A stretch of 64,000 bases of DNA, taken from NCBI RefSeq assembly GCF_000142905.1, contig NW_013657649.1, forward strand, positions 186,001 to 250,000. The letters run 5' to 3'. The translations under genes were made by a program, and so were the position numbers. Below, one piece after another: positions 9,226 to 20,900 of the stretch. Source of the stretch: Thecamonas trahens ATCC 50062 (Eukaryota > Protista > Apusomonadida). The number at the start of each line of letters is the position of its first letter. Positions within the stretch are counted from its first letter, which is position 1. A model generated the notes under the pieces. That model ran no database searches, was not told where the DNA came from, and was given only the letters and a program-made list of their open reading frames with translations.

Positions 9226-12200
9226 CTACTTGCCATCAGCGCTGCCACTTGCACTGCTCATCGAGTCTGATGAGCTACTTGTCTCGGGGCTGTCCGCATT
9301 GTCTGCGGCGCCGGCGGCGTCGCCGGAACTCGAGTCCGAGATAACCAGGCCCGGCTCGGGCTCGAGCTCGGGCTCGGGCTCGGGCTCGACCTCACCCTCC
9401 GCCTTGGCGCTTCCGTCGTCGCTCGAGTCGCTGCTGGTTGCACTTCCACTACTAGTTCCGCTTCTGCTGGTGCACCCGCTCCCGCTGGTGCACCCGCTCC
9501 CGCTGGTGCACCCGCTCCCGCTGGTGCTCGAGACGGAGATGGCGCCGTCGGTGGTCTGGGTCTCGACCTGGGCGCCGGGGCGGGCCTCGGTAAAGTTGAT
9601 CTTGATGCGCCCGCCGTCTAGCCGCCCGCGCATAGTCCTTGTCTCGCCCTGGGCTTGCGGCGAGGGGACAGCACAGAGAAAGAGCACGTCGGTCGACGTC
9701 GGCGTTGGATGGACCGCTACTGCCGGACCGTCCTGCGATGAGAGAAGACGGATGGGCCCGTCAAGGAAAAGCTGCTGGATAAGCGCGCCGTTGAGGAGCG
9801 AGCGGACCTCGATAAAGTCAATCATGACGCCCACAATAACCGGTGGGTAGCACGCGAGCTTGAGCGGCTGCGACGACCATCCAAACTCAAGGCCCGTCGC
9901 CTGCCCGACCTCGTTGACAAACAGCGCCCGATCGTCGTAGCAGATCAGGTACCGGTCGTCCGCGGTCATTGGGAAGATCTCCAGCGCCCGATTGCCCAGC
10001 GGTGATGGCGGGACAAATAGCGCTTGCGAGCCTGAGATCGCCAGCGTATCGGCCTCGAGCTGCAGCCGGTAGAACTGGGTCGGCGAGCCGACAACCACGT
10101 GGCTACCGATGATGTGGAGCACCGTCGCCTTGCCGCCAGCGAGCGCCTCGCTCGACGCCTGCACAAAAGTGGAGCCCTGCCACTTGAAGACCACCAGTGA
10201 CGACTTGACTCCAGCTACAAGCACCACGTCGTTACCAATCTGCGCCACCTCGTACTGGCTCACGCCCTTGGTTCCGCTCAGCCGGACCTGGACAAGCTCG
10301 CCGATTGAGCCGAGGTACAGCAGCCAGAGCGCGTTCTTGGCCTTGATCACCAGCACGTCGAGGGCTTCAACGACCGTCATTTCTGCCGCAGCCAGCGACG
10401 AAATCCGCACCGGTGCGTCGTCGGCCGCGCTCGCGTCGTCGGCGGCGGTCGGGCAGAGGAAGAGCCCGTAGTCTGACGAGAAAATAAAGTGCGAGCCCCA
10501 GAGGTCCCAGCACACGACTTTGTGCGGCACGCCTTGCATCAGTGGCTCGGTCACAAAGATAGCGTTCTTGGTCAGCTCGTTGCCTGACGGCGGGACGCCC
10601 GACTCGCCCCACAGCTGCGCAGCCACATCCGCCGACCGCGCGAGCACCTCTGCTGTCGTTCCACTTTCGGCCGCAGCCACTGCGTCGTCATGAATCGACC
10701 GCAGCATGATGTCGAGTGTCCGCTTGTACTTGATGGCAAACAGCGGCGAGGTGAGGATGGCTGACCGCTCGCCGTTGAGCAGCTTGAGCACAAGGTACTC
10801 GATGAACGGCTCACCGGCCTCCCAGACCGAGGTCGGGAGTGGTGGGCCAAACTCATACATCTCGCCCTTGTGCGCCACGCCCAGCGCGTACGCGCGGCCA
10901 CCATCGATAGGCCGGACGACAGCGACCACGTGCTGGAACTTGCAGCGGATGGTGTTTGGGTCCCAGCCGGCAAAGCCCTCGCCCTCCTCCACAAACACAA
11001 TGCACGCCACGTCGTTGCCAATGTGCCGCTTGCGCTTGAGCTCCTGTCCGGTGTCGTCGTGCGGAAGATATGTCGAGACGTGGAACATGACCTCGTTGCC
11101 GTAGACCTCGCGCGAGACCGAGTGCGTCCCGGTCCCGTCGGTCTTGACGTCCAGCCCGCCACGGTACCCAGTGTACCCGAGGAGCCGAACCCGCTCGCCG
11201 AGGAGCGCAAGGAACTTGTTGAACGGCGCGTCGCCGTCGTTGGGGTCGACATCGTTGGCAAAGATCTCGTCCTCGTCGGTCTGGTTGGGCCGCGCCACAA
11301 GGACCCCAATCTTGAACTGGGTCGGGACCCAGAGCTTCTCGAGCTTGAGCAGCTCGTCGCGAACGCCCTGCTCGTGGCACGCCACAAACTCCTTCTTCAG
11401 CACCACATACTCGCCATCACTCCCCAGCCGCGCCAGCACCTTGCCCAGGTCGTGCTTGTATGACTTGAAGCTCCACGTGGGCTCCAAGTAGTGCTTCTCC
11501 AGCCCGAGCGGCGTCCACACCAGCACCCGCAGCATCGACACGCCTGCACGCCCGTAGAGCGATATTGCCTCGCGAACGAGCGAGATAATGACTGGCGAGT
11601 CGTCGGCGGTGATGGCGGAAAAGACGCCGTGGTCAAACGGCGCGAAGAACCGCTTGTAGAATGCAGAGAGACTCTCATCGTTCTCGACGCCGTACGCATA
11701 GCGGGCCATCGACGACTCGACCGGCACGCCTGTCCACGTCGGCGGAATATCATCGTCGCTACTGGCCAGTGCTGGCGGCGTTCCCGAGACGGATGCCGCC
11801 CGCGACCGGTACGACCGGATCTGACACTGTGCAAGCATCGAGTAGTCGGCCACCGACGCCACGGGCTCGCGGACCAGGTACTGCTTGATCGGCGTGAAGC
11901 GGCCTGATGGCGAGCCGACCTGCGCCGAGTACATCGCCTTGGCATACGAGAGCTTGGAGATCCATGTGCTAGCAGACTCGGACGTGGTCGCCGCGAACAT
12001 CAGCGCGCCGTCAGCGAGTGCCAGCTTGACCAGGCGCCCGTCGTACTTGTCAGCCTTGGCGTGGCTCGGCGCGTCGCTGGCCGCCGCCCGGCCCACACGC
12101 TTCACTGCCGACACATCGACCGCGGTCCGCAGGTCCTTCCCTGCCGGCTTGTCCAGCAACCGCAGCGAGCGGAACTCGAGCACGAGCCATCGCTGCTTCC

Positions 12201-12771
12201 AGCCCTTGCGAAAGCCCTTACCCTCATAGTACAGCACCCATCCCGACGCCGACACCTCGTGCTTTTCCACATGCATCTGCTCCTGGCTCATCGCCACCAT
12301 CGACGATCGTCGCTCCTGCCTAGTCAGCGCCGGTCTATATCCCCCCAGCCCGTTTCCCCGGCGCATCGTCCGTCGCGGTCCAAAACGCATTCTCGCCAAC
12401 CATGAGTGCTCCACCCTACCTTTCCCCACATCCCCTCCCGAACATCCCCCCCCCCCCCTCCCCAAACTATGCCCTGCCTGCCCCTCTCTGTCGCCTCCAG
12501 GCCTGCTGCCCTGCCCGGTCGCCCTGAATCGGCGTTTGGCCGTTTGTGGCTTTGGCGCGCCAATGTCAGCGAACACGTTCCCCCGTTGTCGGGCCCGGGG
12601 AGGACAGGCAAGGTGGGGGCGGGATGAAGGCGACAGGGAAAGAGAAAAGAGAGGGTGTGTAAAGAGGGGCGTAGGTCATGGGTAGACCCTAATCACATAC
12701 CCGCCATACCACGAGCCACGGACGCCCGGCTTGATGGGTAGGACCTCGGGGTCGGCATCGTTGGCCGCCAT
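9226..12771 (-). CDS. PH-RapGAP-CNH protein (GARNL3-like); exons 12771-12701 and 12319-9226
   Basis: RapGAP motifs FKIGVL, GYRGGLD, EVMFHVST and KRHIGND (Asn thumb). N-terminal PH (GWKQRWLVL...WISKL), C-terminal CNH (FGWSSQP, DFIEVRSLLNG). Phase-2 intron GG|gtatgt...ctgactag|G joins in frame. Confidence 0.85.
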
Positions 12772-12935
12772 GTCCCCACACGAGTTGAGTGCGGAGAGAG
12801 TGGAGGTTGAGTGACCGTCGACTTGCCATCGCCACACGCTGCCGCAGTTGGGCTTGACAGTATCCAGGGCAGGTTGCATGGTTGCGCTCCCGGTGAACAT
12901 AGTTCAAACAAAAAATGTGTGTGTACGCGCGTGCT

Positions 12936-12967
<32 letters not shown>

Positions 12968-13020
12968 TGTGCGTGTGCGGGAGTGTGCGTATATGTGTTT
13001 TGTGTTATCAACACTCAGGG

Positions 13021-14259
13021 CTACGGGGCAGCGCACCGGATCTGGGCACATACCTCGGCGATCTCGCCCTCGGACAGCGACTGGAGCTGGACGATGAGGT
13101 CTGGGAGCGAAAGGTCGTACTTGTTGATAAAGTTGATGTACCACATGTAGGTAAACGTAGCCATGAGGAACTGGCAGTCGACACGGTCGATGATGCCGCC
13201 GTGGCCGGGGAGCAGGTTGGCAAAGTCCTTGAGGTTGTACGCCCGCTTGACACCCGAGGCAAAGAAGCCGCCAAAAGGGGCGATGACCGAGGCAAAGAAG
13301 GCCAGCGCCAGGCCGTGGAGCTGGACGGGGATGAGAACGACGGCGGTGCCGACGACGGTAAAGCCGAGCTTGGCGAGGATCGAGGCGGCGAGCGCAGACT
13401 GCAGCTCGTATGCGGTCGGCGTAAAGACCGGGTTGAGGGTGCAGCTCTCGATGGCGCGCGGGCAGATGAGCCACTCGTGCGAGACGAGCCATGCCGGGAA
13501 GACAAAGCCCCAGATGAGGGTGCAGAGCCCTCCGCCGATGAAGCCCTCCCAGGTCTTCTTGGGCGAGAGCTGGATGAGCGGCGTACGGCCAAAGTGGAAG
13601 CCCCACATGTAGGCTGTGATGTCGTTGACAAAGATGAGCGTCGAGGGAAGGAGGAACCAGAAGAGGCCGTTAAAGGTGTTGCGGATGACAAAGATGTTGG
13701 GCAGGATGACAAGGAGCAGGCACATGTGAGTCCACGCAAACTGGGCCACTTGGTATTTGTACGAGCCCTTGCGGAGCGAGACGACAAAGACGACAAAGCC
13801 GCAGACCCAGCCGCAGAACGCCACAAACGAGTGGTGGTTTAGCGTCCAGCCAAAGCCCGGCACCACCTCGCCCATCATCGGAAGCAGGTACAGCTGCGTG
13901 CCCTTGCCGTACACGGCGTAGAAGGCCACCAGCAGGAAGTACCACTGCTGGACCCGGAACAGCGGCAGTTGCTTCTCCACATTCCACAGGTAACCGATGT
14001 TGACCACCTCGCGGAAGGCCACCATCTGCAGCAGCACAATCGAGACGGAGATGGCAATCGGGCCCTGCTGCACAATGAGCGAGAAGATGCCAATCAGCGT
14101 CCACGTCGTGATCGTCCGCACCACCCACTTGCGCCACCGCTCAGACAGCGTCACAGGCAGCGGGATCGGCAGATTGCTGCTGCTCTGCCCAGTACCCGTT
14201 GCCTCAACAGCCGCATCGGCCGCCGCCGCTCCGCCCTGTCCCTCGTCGCCGCCGTCAGG
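13021..14259 (-). CDS. CDS1: Phosphatidate cytidylyltransferase (CDP-DAG synthase); main exon, 5' exon(s) unresolved
   Basis: FGRTPLIQLSPKKTWEGFIGG and FFASGVKRAYNLKDFANLLPGHGGIIDRVDCQ signatures; acceptor gttgcag| at 14260. Confidence 0.93.
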   Translation of the reverse strand, partial: PDGGDEGQGGAAAADAAVEATGTGQSSSNLPIPLPVTLSERWRKWVVRTITTWTLIGIFSLIVQQGPIAISVSIVLLQMVAFREVVNIGYLWNVEKQLPLFRVQQWYFLLVAFYAVYGKGTQLYLLPMMGEVVPGFGWTLNHHSFVAFCGWVCGFVVFVVSLRKGSYKYQVAQFAWTHMCLLLVILPNIFVIRNTFNGLFWFLLPSTLIFVNDITAYMWGFHFGRTPLIQLSPKKTWEGFIGGGLCTLIWGFVFPAWLVSHEWLICPRAIESCTLNPVFTPTAYELQSALAASILAKLGFTVVGTAVVLIPVQLHGLALAFFASVIAPFGGFFASGVKRAYNLKDFANLLPGHGGIIDRVDCQFLMATFTYMWYINFINKYDLSLPDLIVQLQSLSEGEIAEVCAQIRCAAP

Positions 14260-15085
14260 CTGCAACACGGCAGTAGCAACCAAGCCCCAGCACATGACAT
14301 ACAACACACATGAGTTTCAGCACATCCCACCCGTCCGCCCCTCCTTTATCTCCTCCCAGCCCACTCCCTCCCTCCGGGCGACCCCTCTGCGAGCCTCTGC
14401 GGGGCCGACCCCCTCCCCCCCCCCCCCCCCCTCCCCCTCACAGCAGCCAACACCACCACGGACCACATACCCGCTTCCGGTACACTAGCTTTGATGTCGC
14501 CATGTTGGTACACACACTACACGTCAATGAGTTGCAGTGCAGTGGAGTGGAGTAGTGAATGTGTAGGAGGGGTAGGTGGAGGTGGTGGTTGGGGAGTGGG
14601 AGAGCCTGGTCTTACCCTGGCTGTCCGTCTCGTTTGGGGTGGAGCCACGGCTCCATGCCACGTCGCCTCTCACCTGCCGCTCACAGCCGCACCTACCTAC
14701 ACGCGAACTGGCTATTTACCCCCCATCCTCCTCGCCGTTTCTCTCAATCACAGCAAGTATGCCTGTCAGAGAGACTGTCAACGTAGCCGCCCGCGCTATC
14801 ACACACGACCACCACACCGATCACCACACACTGACCAGCAATACCATCTTCTCTCCTCCTGCCAGCTGGCCAAAGTTGATGTAATCGGATTGACACACCA
14901 CATCCGGATTCCACCAGATCGGCCCACCAGATCACCAACCAGACCACCCAGTCCACCAGATCACCAACCAGATCGTCGTCGCCCCTGCCAGCGAAGTGTC
15001 TTCTCCTCTAACCCGCCACTGCGGCAAATTCGTTGCCGCTTCTCGCTTCTTAGTACTTCTCCCCTACATCTACACACGCACCATC

Positions 15086-17506
15086 ATGGCGGCTTTCAAT
15101 GGACAGCTCGCTCCAGGAGGGGCACAGCCGGCGTGGTCATGGTGGGTAGACGATACAGACGAGATGATGGCGTCTACAAACACGCCGCGAGAGGCGTTGG
15201 AGGCCATGGAGAAGCAGCTGCTGGCCGAGGGCTTTTCTATGCAACAGACTTGGGCAATGCGCCGGCAAAAGTTCTGGCACGCCAAGCTCAAGGGCAACCC
15301 GCTGCGACGGCATCTGCTGCCATCGGCACTCGCACCGATCCTCTCTGGTGCCATGCGGGTCGGCCAGCAAGTGGTGTCGGGGGCTCACTTTAACGACCGG
15401 GTCCACTTTTACTTGGCGCCGCTGGAGATGCACAGTTCGGCAGTTGTGGATCTTGCCGCCCTGCCTCCGGTCCTAGTCCTCTCTGGCTTCCGCAAGAAGA
15501 TCATGATCTCGCACAACATGGAGAGCAGTGCTGTGGCAGCGCTCGGCACTGCCCTGGCCGCCGAGGGCATCCAGATTGGCGGCCGCGGCTTTGTGGAGAA
15601 CAGCAAGACCGGGATGTACGAGGGCTCAGTCCTCACTTCGTTTGAGCATCGCGAGACTGCGCTGGAGAACGTTGTCGGCGTGGCAAACGCCATCGTCGCC
15701 TCGGGATACTCGCTTCTCACTGTTGCCGGCGAGTACGTTTTTGTTTTTCGCCAGTACCTGGCCGGCGTCGACCCCATCCCACACCGCTACGTTGGCGTGG
15801 CTGGCTCTTCTGACCGGGTCTATCTCTCAGCCAATGCTCCGGAGCAGCTCATCAACGATGTCATGATGCGGGTCTCGTGCGGTCGCCACGTCCAGCGCGA
15901 CATTCAGCGCAACGCCGTTGGCGTCTTTACTGCCAAGCTCCGCGGCTACCCGTTTGTCATGTGGAAAGGCCTTGTCCACTCGTCGCAGAATCTGCTGGCC
16001 GCCCTCCATGCCCAGATCTCACAGACCGTCATTTCAATTGGCGACGACGACTACTTTGCCGCCATCGCGCCGCTCGACGGCCAGCACGATGTCGCGCTCG
16101 GTACTTCGGGCGGCATGGTCACCATCTCGCTCCTCAAGGATTACTTTCGCATCATTCCTGATGACGGCCAGCTCTTCTACGTTCTGCAGAGCGGGCTCGA
16201 GAGCTACGGCTACCGCTCGCAGCGCCGCTCCATGTTTAAGCGCAACGCCTACAACGACCCGTACTTCTCCCACCCGCGTGCCATCTTCAACGGCTTCCCG
16301 TTCAAGGGCAAGTATGATCTTGTCCACTCGGAAATGGCCATCGTCAACCTGCTGCGCGCCGAGGGCTTTCGCGTCGAGGCCATCCACCAGACCCAGCACC
16401 TTGAGCGCCGGCCGAACCACTCGCGCAATAACCACAGACAGGAGAACAGGACGACCGTCCGTGACCAGCTCATCATTGCTCGCTACGCTCCGCATGCCGC
16501 CCACTCGGTCACCTCGACTATGCCGCGCCAGCCGACAATGATAATGGCACCAATGCCGACACCACTAGCGTCGGCGCCGCCAGTTGGAAGCCCATCGTCG
16601 TCCGGGCTTCCTCCTAACTGGGAGGCCAAGATCGATCCCGGCTCTGGCAAGATGTACTATGTTAACCACACCACCAAGGTGACCCAGTGGGAGCGCCCTG
16701 CGGCGCCTGCCTCGGCCTCCACGCCTGCGCCTGCGCCCGCCGCAGCATCTCTCCCGCTGGACTGGGAGGCCAAGGTCGATCCTACCTCGGGTAAGACCTA
16801 CTACGTCAATCACAAGACCAAGGTGACCCAGTGGGAGCGCCCTGCGGTGCCTGTTCCGGCCTCCACGCCCGCGTCCGCGCCCGCCGCAGCATCTCTCCCG
16901 CTGGACTGGGAGGCCAAGGTCGATCCTACCTCGGGTAAGACCTATTTCGTCAATCACAAGACCAAGGTCACCCAGTGGGAGCGCCCTGCGGTGCCTGTTC
17001 CGGCCTCCACGCCCGCGTCCGCGCCCGCCCCGGCGTCTCTCCCACTGGACTGGGAGGCCAAGGTCGATCCTACTTCGGGCAAGACCTACTACGTCAATCA
17101 CAAGACCAAGGTGACCCAGTGGGAGCGCCCTGCCGCCCCCGGCACCACGGGCGCCGCCCCGCTTCCATCAGGTTGGGAAGCCAAGATTGATCCGTCGAGC
17201 GGGCGTACCTTTTATCTCAACCGCACCACCAAGGTGACGCAGTGGCATCCCCCTCCCGGTGCATCGGCGCCTGCCTCGGCTGCCGCACTCAGCGCCCCAC
17301 CTGGTCGGTTCGTCAACCCGTACCAGAAACCAAACGCGCCGGCTCCACGTCCTCCTATGGGTCAGCCGTTTGGCGCGGCGCCACGAGCGGCACCAACGGC
17401 CCCAAGCCCATCAGCTCAAGCCAGCTCATCGATCCAAGCCTCTGCACCTCCTTTCTACACCGCATCTGCACCTCCTGATGACAGCCTCCCATCGTACTCG
17501 CCCTAG
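15086..17506 (+). CDS. Protein with N-terminal KL(K/R)GxP repeat region and five WW domains
   Basis: Five LPxxWEAK(I/V)DPxSG(K/R)x(Y/F)(Y/F)xNxxTKVTQW units at 16608-17255; Pro/Ala-rich tail. Confidence 0.85.
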   Translation: MAAFNGQLAPGGAQPAWSWWVDDTDEMMASTNTPREALEAMEKQLLAEGFSMQQTWAMRRQKFWHAKLKGNPLRRHLLPSALAPILSGAMRVGQQVVSGAHFNDRVHFYLAPLEMHSSAVVDLAALPPVLVLSGFRKKIMISHNMESSAVAALGTALAAEGIQIGGRGFVENSKTGMYEGSVLTSFEHRETALENVVGVANAIVASGYSLLTVAGEYVFVFRQYLAGVDPIPHRYVGVAGSSDRVYLSANAPEQLINDVMMRVSCGRHVQRDIQRNAVGVFTAKLRGYPFVMWKGLVHSSQNLLAALHAQISQTVISIGDDDYFAAIAPLDGQHDVALGTSGGMVTISLLKDYFRIIPDDGQLFYVLQSGLESYGYRSQRRSMFKRNAYNDPYFSHPRAIFNGFPFKGKYDLVHSEMAIVNLLRAEGFRVEAIHQTQHLERRPNHSRNNHRQENRTTVRDQLIIARYAPHAAHSVTSTMPRQPTMIMAPMPTPLASAPPVGSPSSSGLPPNWEAKIDPGSGKMYYVNHTTKVTQWERPAAPASASTPAPAPAAASLPLDWEAKVDPTSGKTYYVNHKTKVTQWERPAVPVPASTPASAPAAASLPLDWEAKVDPTSGKTYFVNHKTKVTQWERPAVPVPASTPASAPAPASLPLDWEAKVDPTSGKTYYVNHKTKVTQWERPAAPGTTGAAPLPSGWEAKIDPSSGRTFYLNRTTKVTQWHPPPGASAPASAAALSAPPGRFVNPYQKPNAPAPRPPMGQPFGAAPRAAPTAPSPSAQASSSIQASAPPFYTASAPPDDSLPSYSP
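16745..17135 (+). repeat. 144-bp coding tandem repeat (WW domain + linker)
   Basis: Near-identical units begin at ~16751, 16895 and 17039. Confidence 0.85.
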
Positions 17507-17940
17507 CGACAGCCCAGCCCAGGCCAGCCTGAGTCTCCCTGTCGCATTGTTCACCAGCATGTCCATTCGTTCCCCAGCTCGAAACCATTGCCCATCACCC
17601 ACCACCACCACCACTTCACTGTGCCCCCCGCCATGCACCGCGCCTCCCCGCAACGCGCACTGCGGGCGGAGTTCCTTGTATGCGACCCCCCACCCCTACC
17701 CCCCTTCTCCTTCCTTTCTGCTTATCTTCCCCATAACCCCCACCCCCCCTCCCTCTCCCTCTTTCCTCCCTCTGCGCTGCTGCCGTGCCAGCGGGCCAGC
17801 AACGCCTTGCCAAAAACCAAACCACCTCCCCTCCACCACCACCGCCACTAGCTCCTTTTCCCTCCTCCCCCCTCCCCCCCCCTCCCTTCCCCACACTCAC
17901 GCACGCTGGCTGTGGTGGAGAGTAGGAACAGGAGCGGAGG

Positions 17941-20900
17941 ATGTCGCGGGTGGCCTGGCTGGCAGATAAGCGGGCAGAACTTGGCGAGCTGTGGGAGCAG
18001 CTGGAGGTGCCAGCGGTTGAGCGGCGTGCCTTTGAGAAGCTGTGGTTGGTGGACGACTCGCCAGAGTCTGTGCGGGCCATCACACACATGGTCGATTGGT
18101 TGGAAGACTTGATGGGTGCTTCATTGGCTGTCGAGCGGGCGGTGGAGGATCGGGAGCGCGTCCTCGCTGCCTTTGGCCGCATGGAGGCTGCTCTTGTCGC
18201 TGGCGAGTGGGAGGTTCAGCCGCAGTCGGCGGCCCGGGCCGAAGTGGGCGAGCTCGCCAACGATCTGCGGTATGCAACACTGGCGGTTGTTGAAGCCATT
18301 GTGTTGTGGCGCCAGCACATGTCGCGCCCATTGCCTTTTGTCTGGCGTGGCGTTAACTACATGGCCAAAATGAGCTCAGACCTCCATGCGCTCATCCATC
18401 TGCGGCTCGCGGCCTACCTCCCGTGTTTTGTCATCGAGAATCCGTTGCTAATTCTGCCACAGACGCGATACAGGTCGGGCGTCAAGCGAAGCCACCGCAA
18501 GTCGCTGCAGCGGCCGCAGACCGCGAGCGGCCGCTCGCGTCCCCCAACCAGATCTGGACGTGGCCGCGGGCGTGGGCGCAGCCAGCTCCGACCTGCGTCC
18601 GCGGCCGGGCGGAACCGCGCTTCCGGCTCGCCGTACGCACATCGGATGCAGCGGCGGTCCCCAGGCTCGGGCTCGGGCTCGGGCTCGCCACCATACCGGT
18701 CGCTGATCGAGTCGGATGACGAGAGCGAGGCCGAGAGCGAGCAAGACGCTTTTGTGCGCCGGCTCATTGCTGCAGAGCGCCTTATCAAGGGCGAGCGCCG
18801 CATTGTCGAGTCTGTCCGTCGCGAGCGCGAGGCCCTGCTCCAGCAAGGCCTATACATGCCAATTGTGTGCAACCCGGACGACGAGCCGATTGAGCTTGCC
18901 AGCCGAAGGGCCTACGACGACGACCCTGCGCTGGCGCGCATTGACTTGGCGCTAGCGCGCGAGTGGAGCGAGGCGCAGGGCGAGTTTGCTCGTGCCCAGC
19001 ACGAGGCCATGGCTGCCACGCCGCTGCCGGGAAGCTCGCAGCCGAGCACACCGCGGCATGCCTGCAGCGATGAGGCGTCCGAGGCGTTGCCGCGGAACTT
19101 GTCACCTGTCCGCATCGCCGAGCTCGGCTGCGAGTCAGACGGCGGCGACGAGACCCATCTGGCGCCATCGGTGGCATCGAGTTCGGCACAGGGCACGTCG
19201 GACATGTATCTGGCCGGCGGCTCTGTTGCCGACGATGGCATGTCGGTTGATGCGGCGTCGACAGTGGTGCATCCGCCAGACTCGTCACAGTCGAGCGAGG
19301 CGTCACATGCAGGGTCAAACGCTGGCGACGTTGACGTCGACGCACCGGCCAGCTCGCGCTCGCTCTCGTCAGTGCTCTCCGGCGAGGCGCGGGCGCGGGC
19401 AGTGGCGTATGCGCGGCAGGAGTCGTTTGCGCAGCGTGAGCGTGCTGAGCGCAACCAGGCCGCGACCCACATCCAATCGACTTGGCGCGGCCATCGCGAC
19501 CGTCGTCGGGCGCTGGCGTTGCGCAAAAAGCACCGGCACCGTGCCGCGGTCAAGATCCAGACCGAGTACCGGGCCCACGCAGCGAGGGTTCAGGCAAGTC
19601 AGCTCCGGCGCGAACGTGACGCCGCAACCAAAATCCAAACCGAGTACCGGGCCCACGCAGCCCGGGTCAAGGCTGCCAACTTGCGACTGCTGCGGTCCAA
19701 AGAGGCGAAGCGCGCTGCGCGAGAGGCCCGTCGCAACGACGCCGCGACTCGAATCCAAGCCGTCTATCGCGGGCACGCCGACCGCCGCAAGTTCCTCAAC
19801 AGGCGCGAGGTAGTCAAGCGCGAGCACTTCCGCGACAGTCAGCGGAGCGGCGGCGTTGGTGCGCTCAAGGCGCTCATCCGCAGCTACATGGCGCGGCAGG
19901 CGGTGCAGTCTCTGCACACCGAGCTCGCTGCGCGGCGGTCGGCGCAGCTCGAAATTGTGGCCCTTCAACGCGAGGAAGACGCTCGGCAAGCTGCCAAGGC
20001 CACAGTCCGCGCTCAGCGCCAGGCTGCAATGGACACACTCGTGCCGCAGATCCAGGCGCTAGTCCGTGGCCACCTGGCACGAGTCACGTTTCGTCAGGTT
20101 CTTGCTGCGCGCAAGGCCGAGGCCATTGCGCGTGCCGAGGCCAAGGCCAAGGTCATTGCTGCGCGCGAGAAGGAACGACTGGCGGCAGAGCATGCGCGGG
20201 CCGAGGCCGAGCGCGACCGGCGGCGGCTGGCCAAGGCCGAGGCCGAGGCCAAGGCCGAGATTGCCGAGATTGCCGAAGCGTCGGCGTCGGCGGCGACCCC
20301 GGCAGTGATGGTCACCAATCCAGGAGACACCAGCATAGCCGCCGTGCCGGTTGTCATTCCCGACCGGCCTAGCGAGGACAAACCGTTGCCAGTCGGTGAC
20401 GGAGGAAGCGGAGCCAAGGACACTGCCGACGACACACTGGTTGTCCAGGTGGTCGAGGCCCGCAACTTGCCTGGGCGAACCAAGTCGGGCGGGATCAACG
20501 CGTTTGCAGCGGTCTCGCTTGGTGACGACGTGCAGCATACACTCTCGCGCGAGGATGAGACCGATCCGCAGTGGAAGGCTCTGTTTAAGTTTGCCATCAA
20601 CGCTGCGGATCGGCCGCCGGACCGCTTCCTCAACATTGCGGTGTACGACCACAAGGTCGGGCGTGACGGAAAGACACGGCGGCGGTCGCTGGGCAAGACC
20701 AAAGTGGCGCTCGCGGCGCTGGAGCTCGACCACGACACGGCGATGTGGCTGCCGCTCACGGTGAGCGAGGGGGATCGCCAGGCGACCAAGAAGCCGGAAA
20801 TGCTGGAGATTGCCATTTTTAACGGCCACGGCCTCCAGTCGTCCGACCCATCGGCGCCCGACGGTGCGGTTCTCATGGGCACGATCGCCATGCGGGTCGA

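Noticed and set aside
12676-12900. Possible ncRNA or standalone 74-aa ORF
   Set aside because: Explained as the first exon and 5' region of the RapGAP gene by a phase-compatible GT-AG intron.
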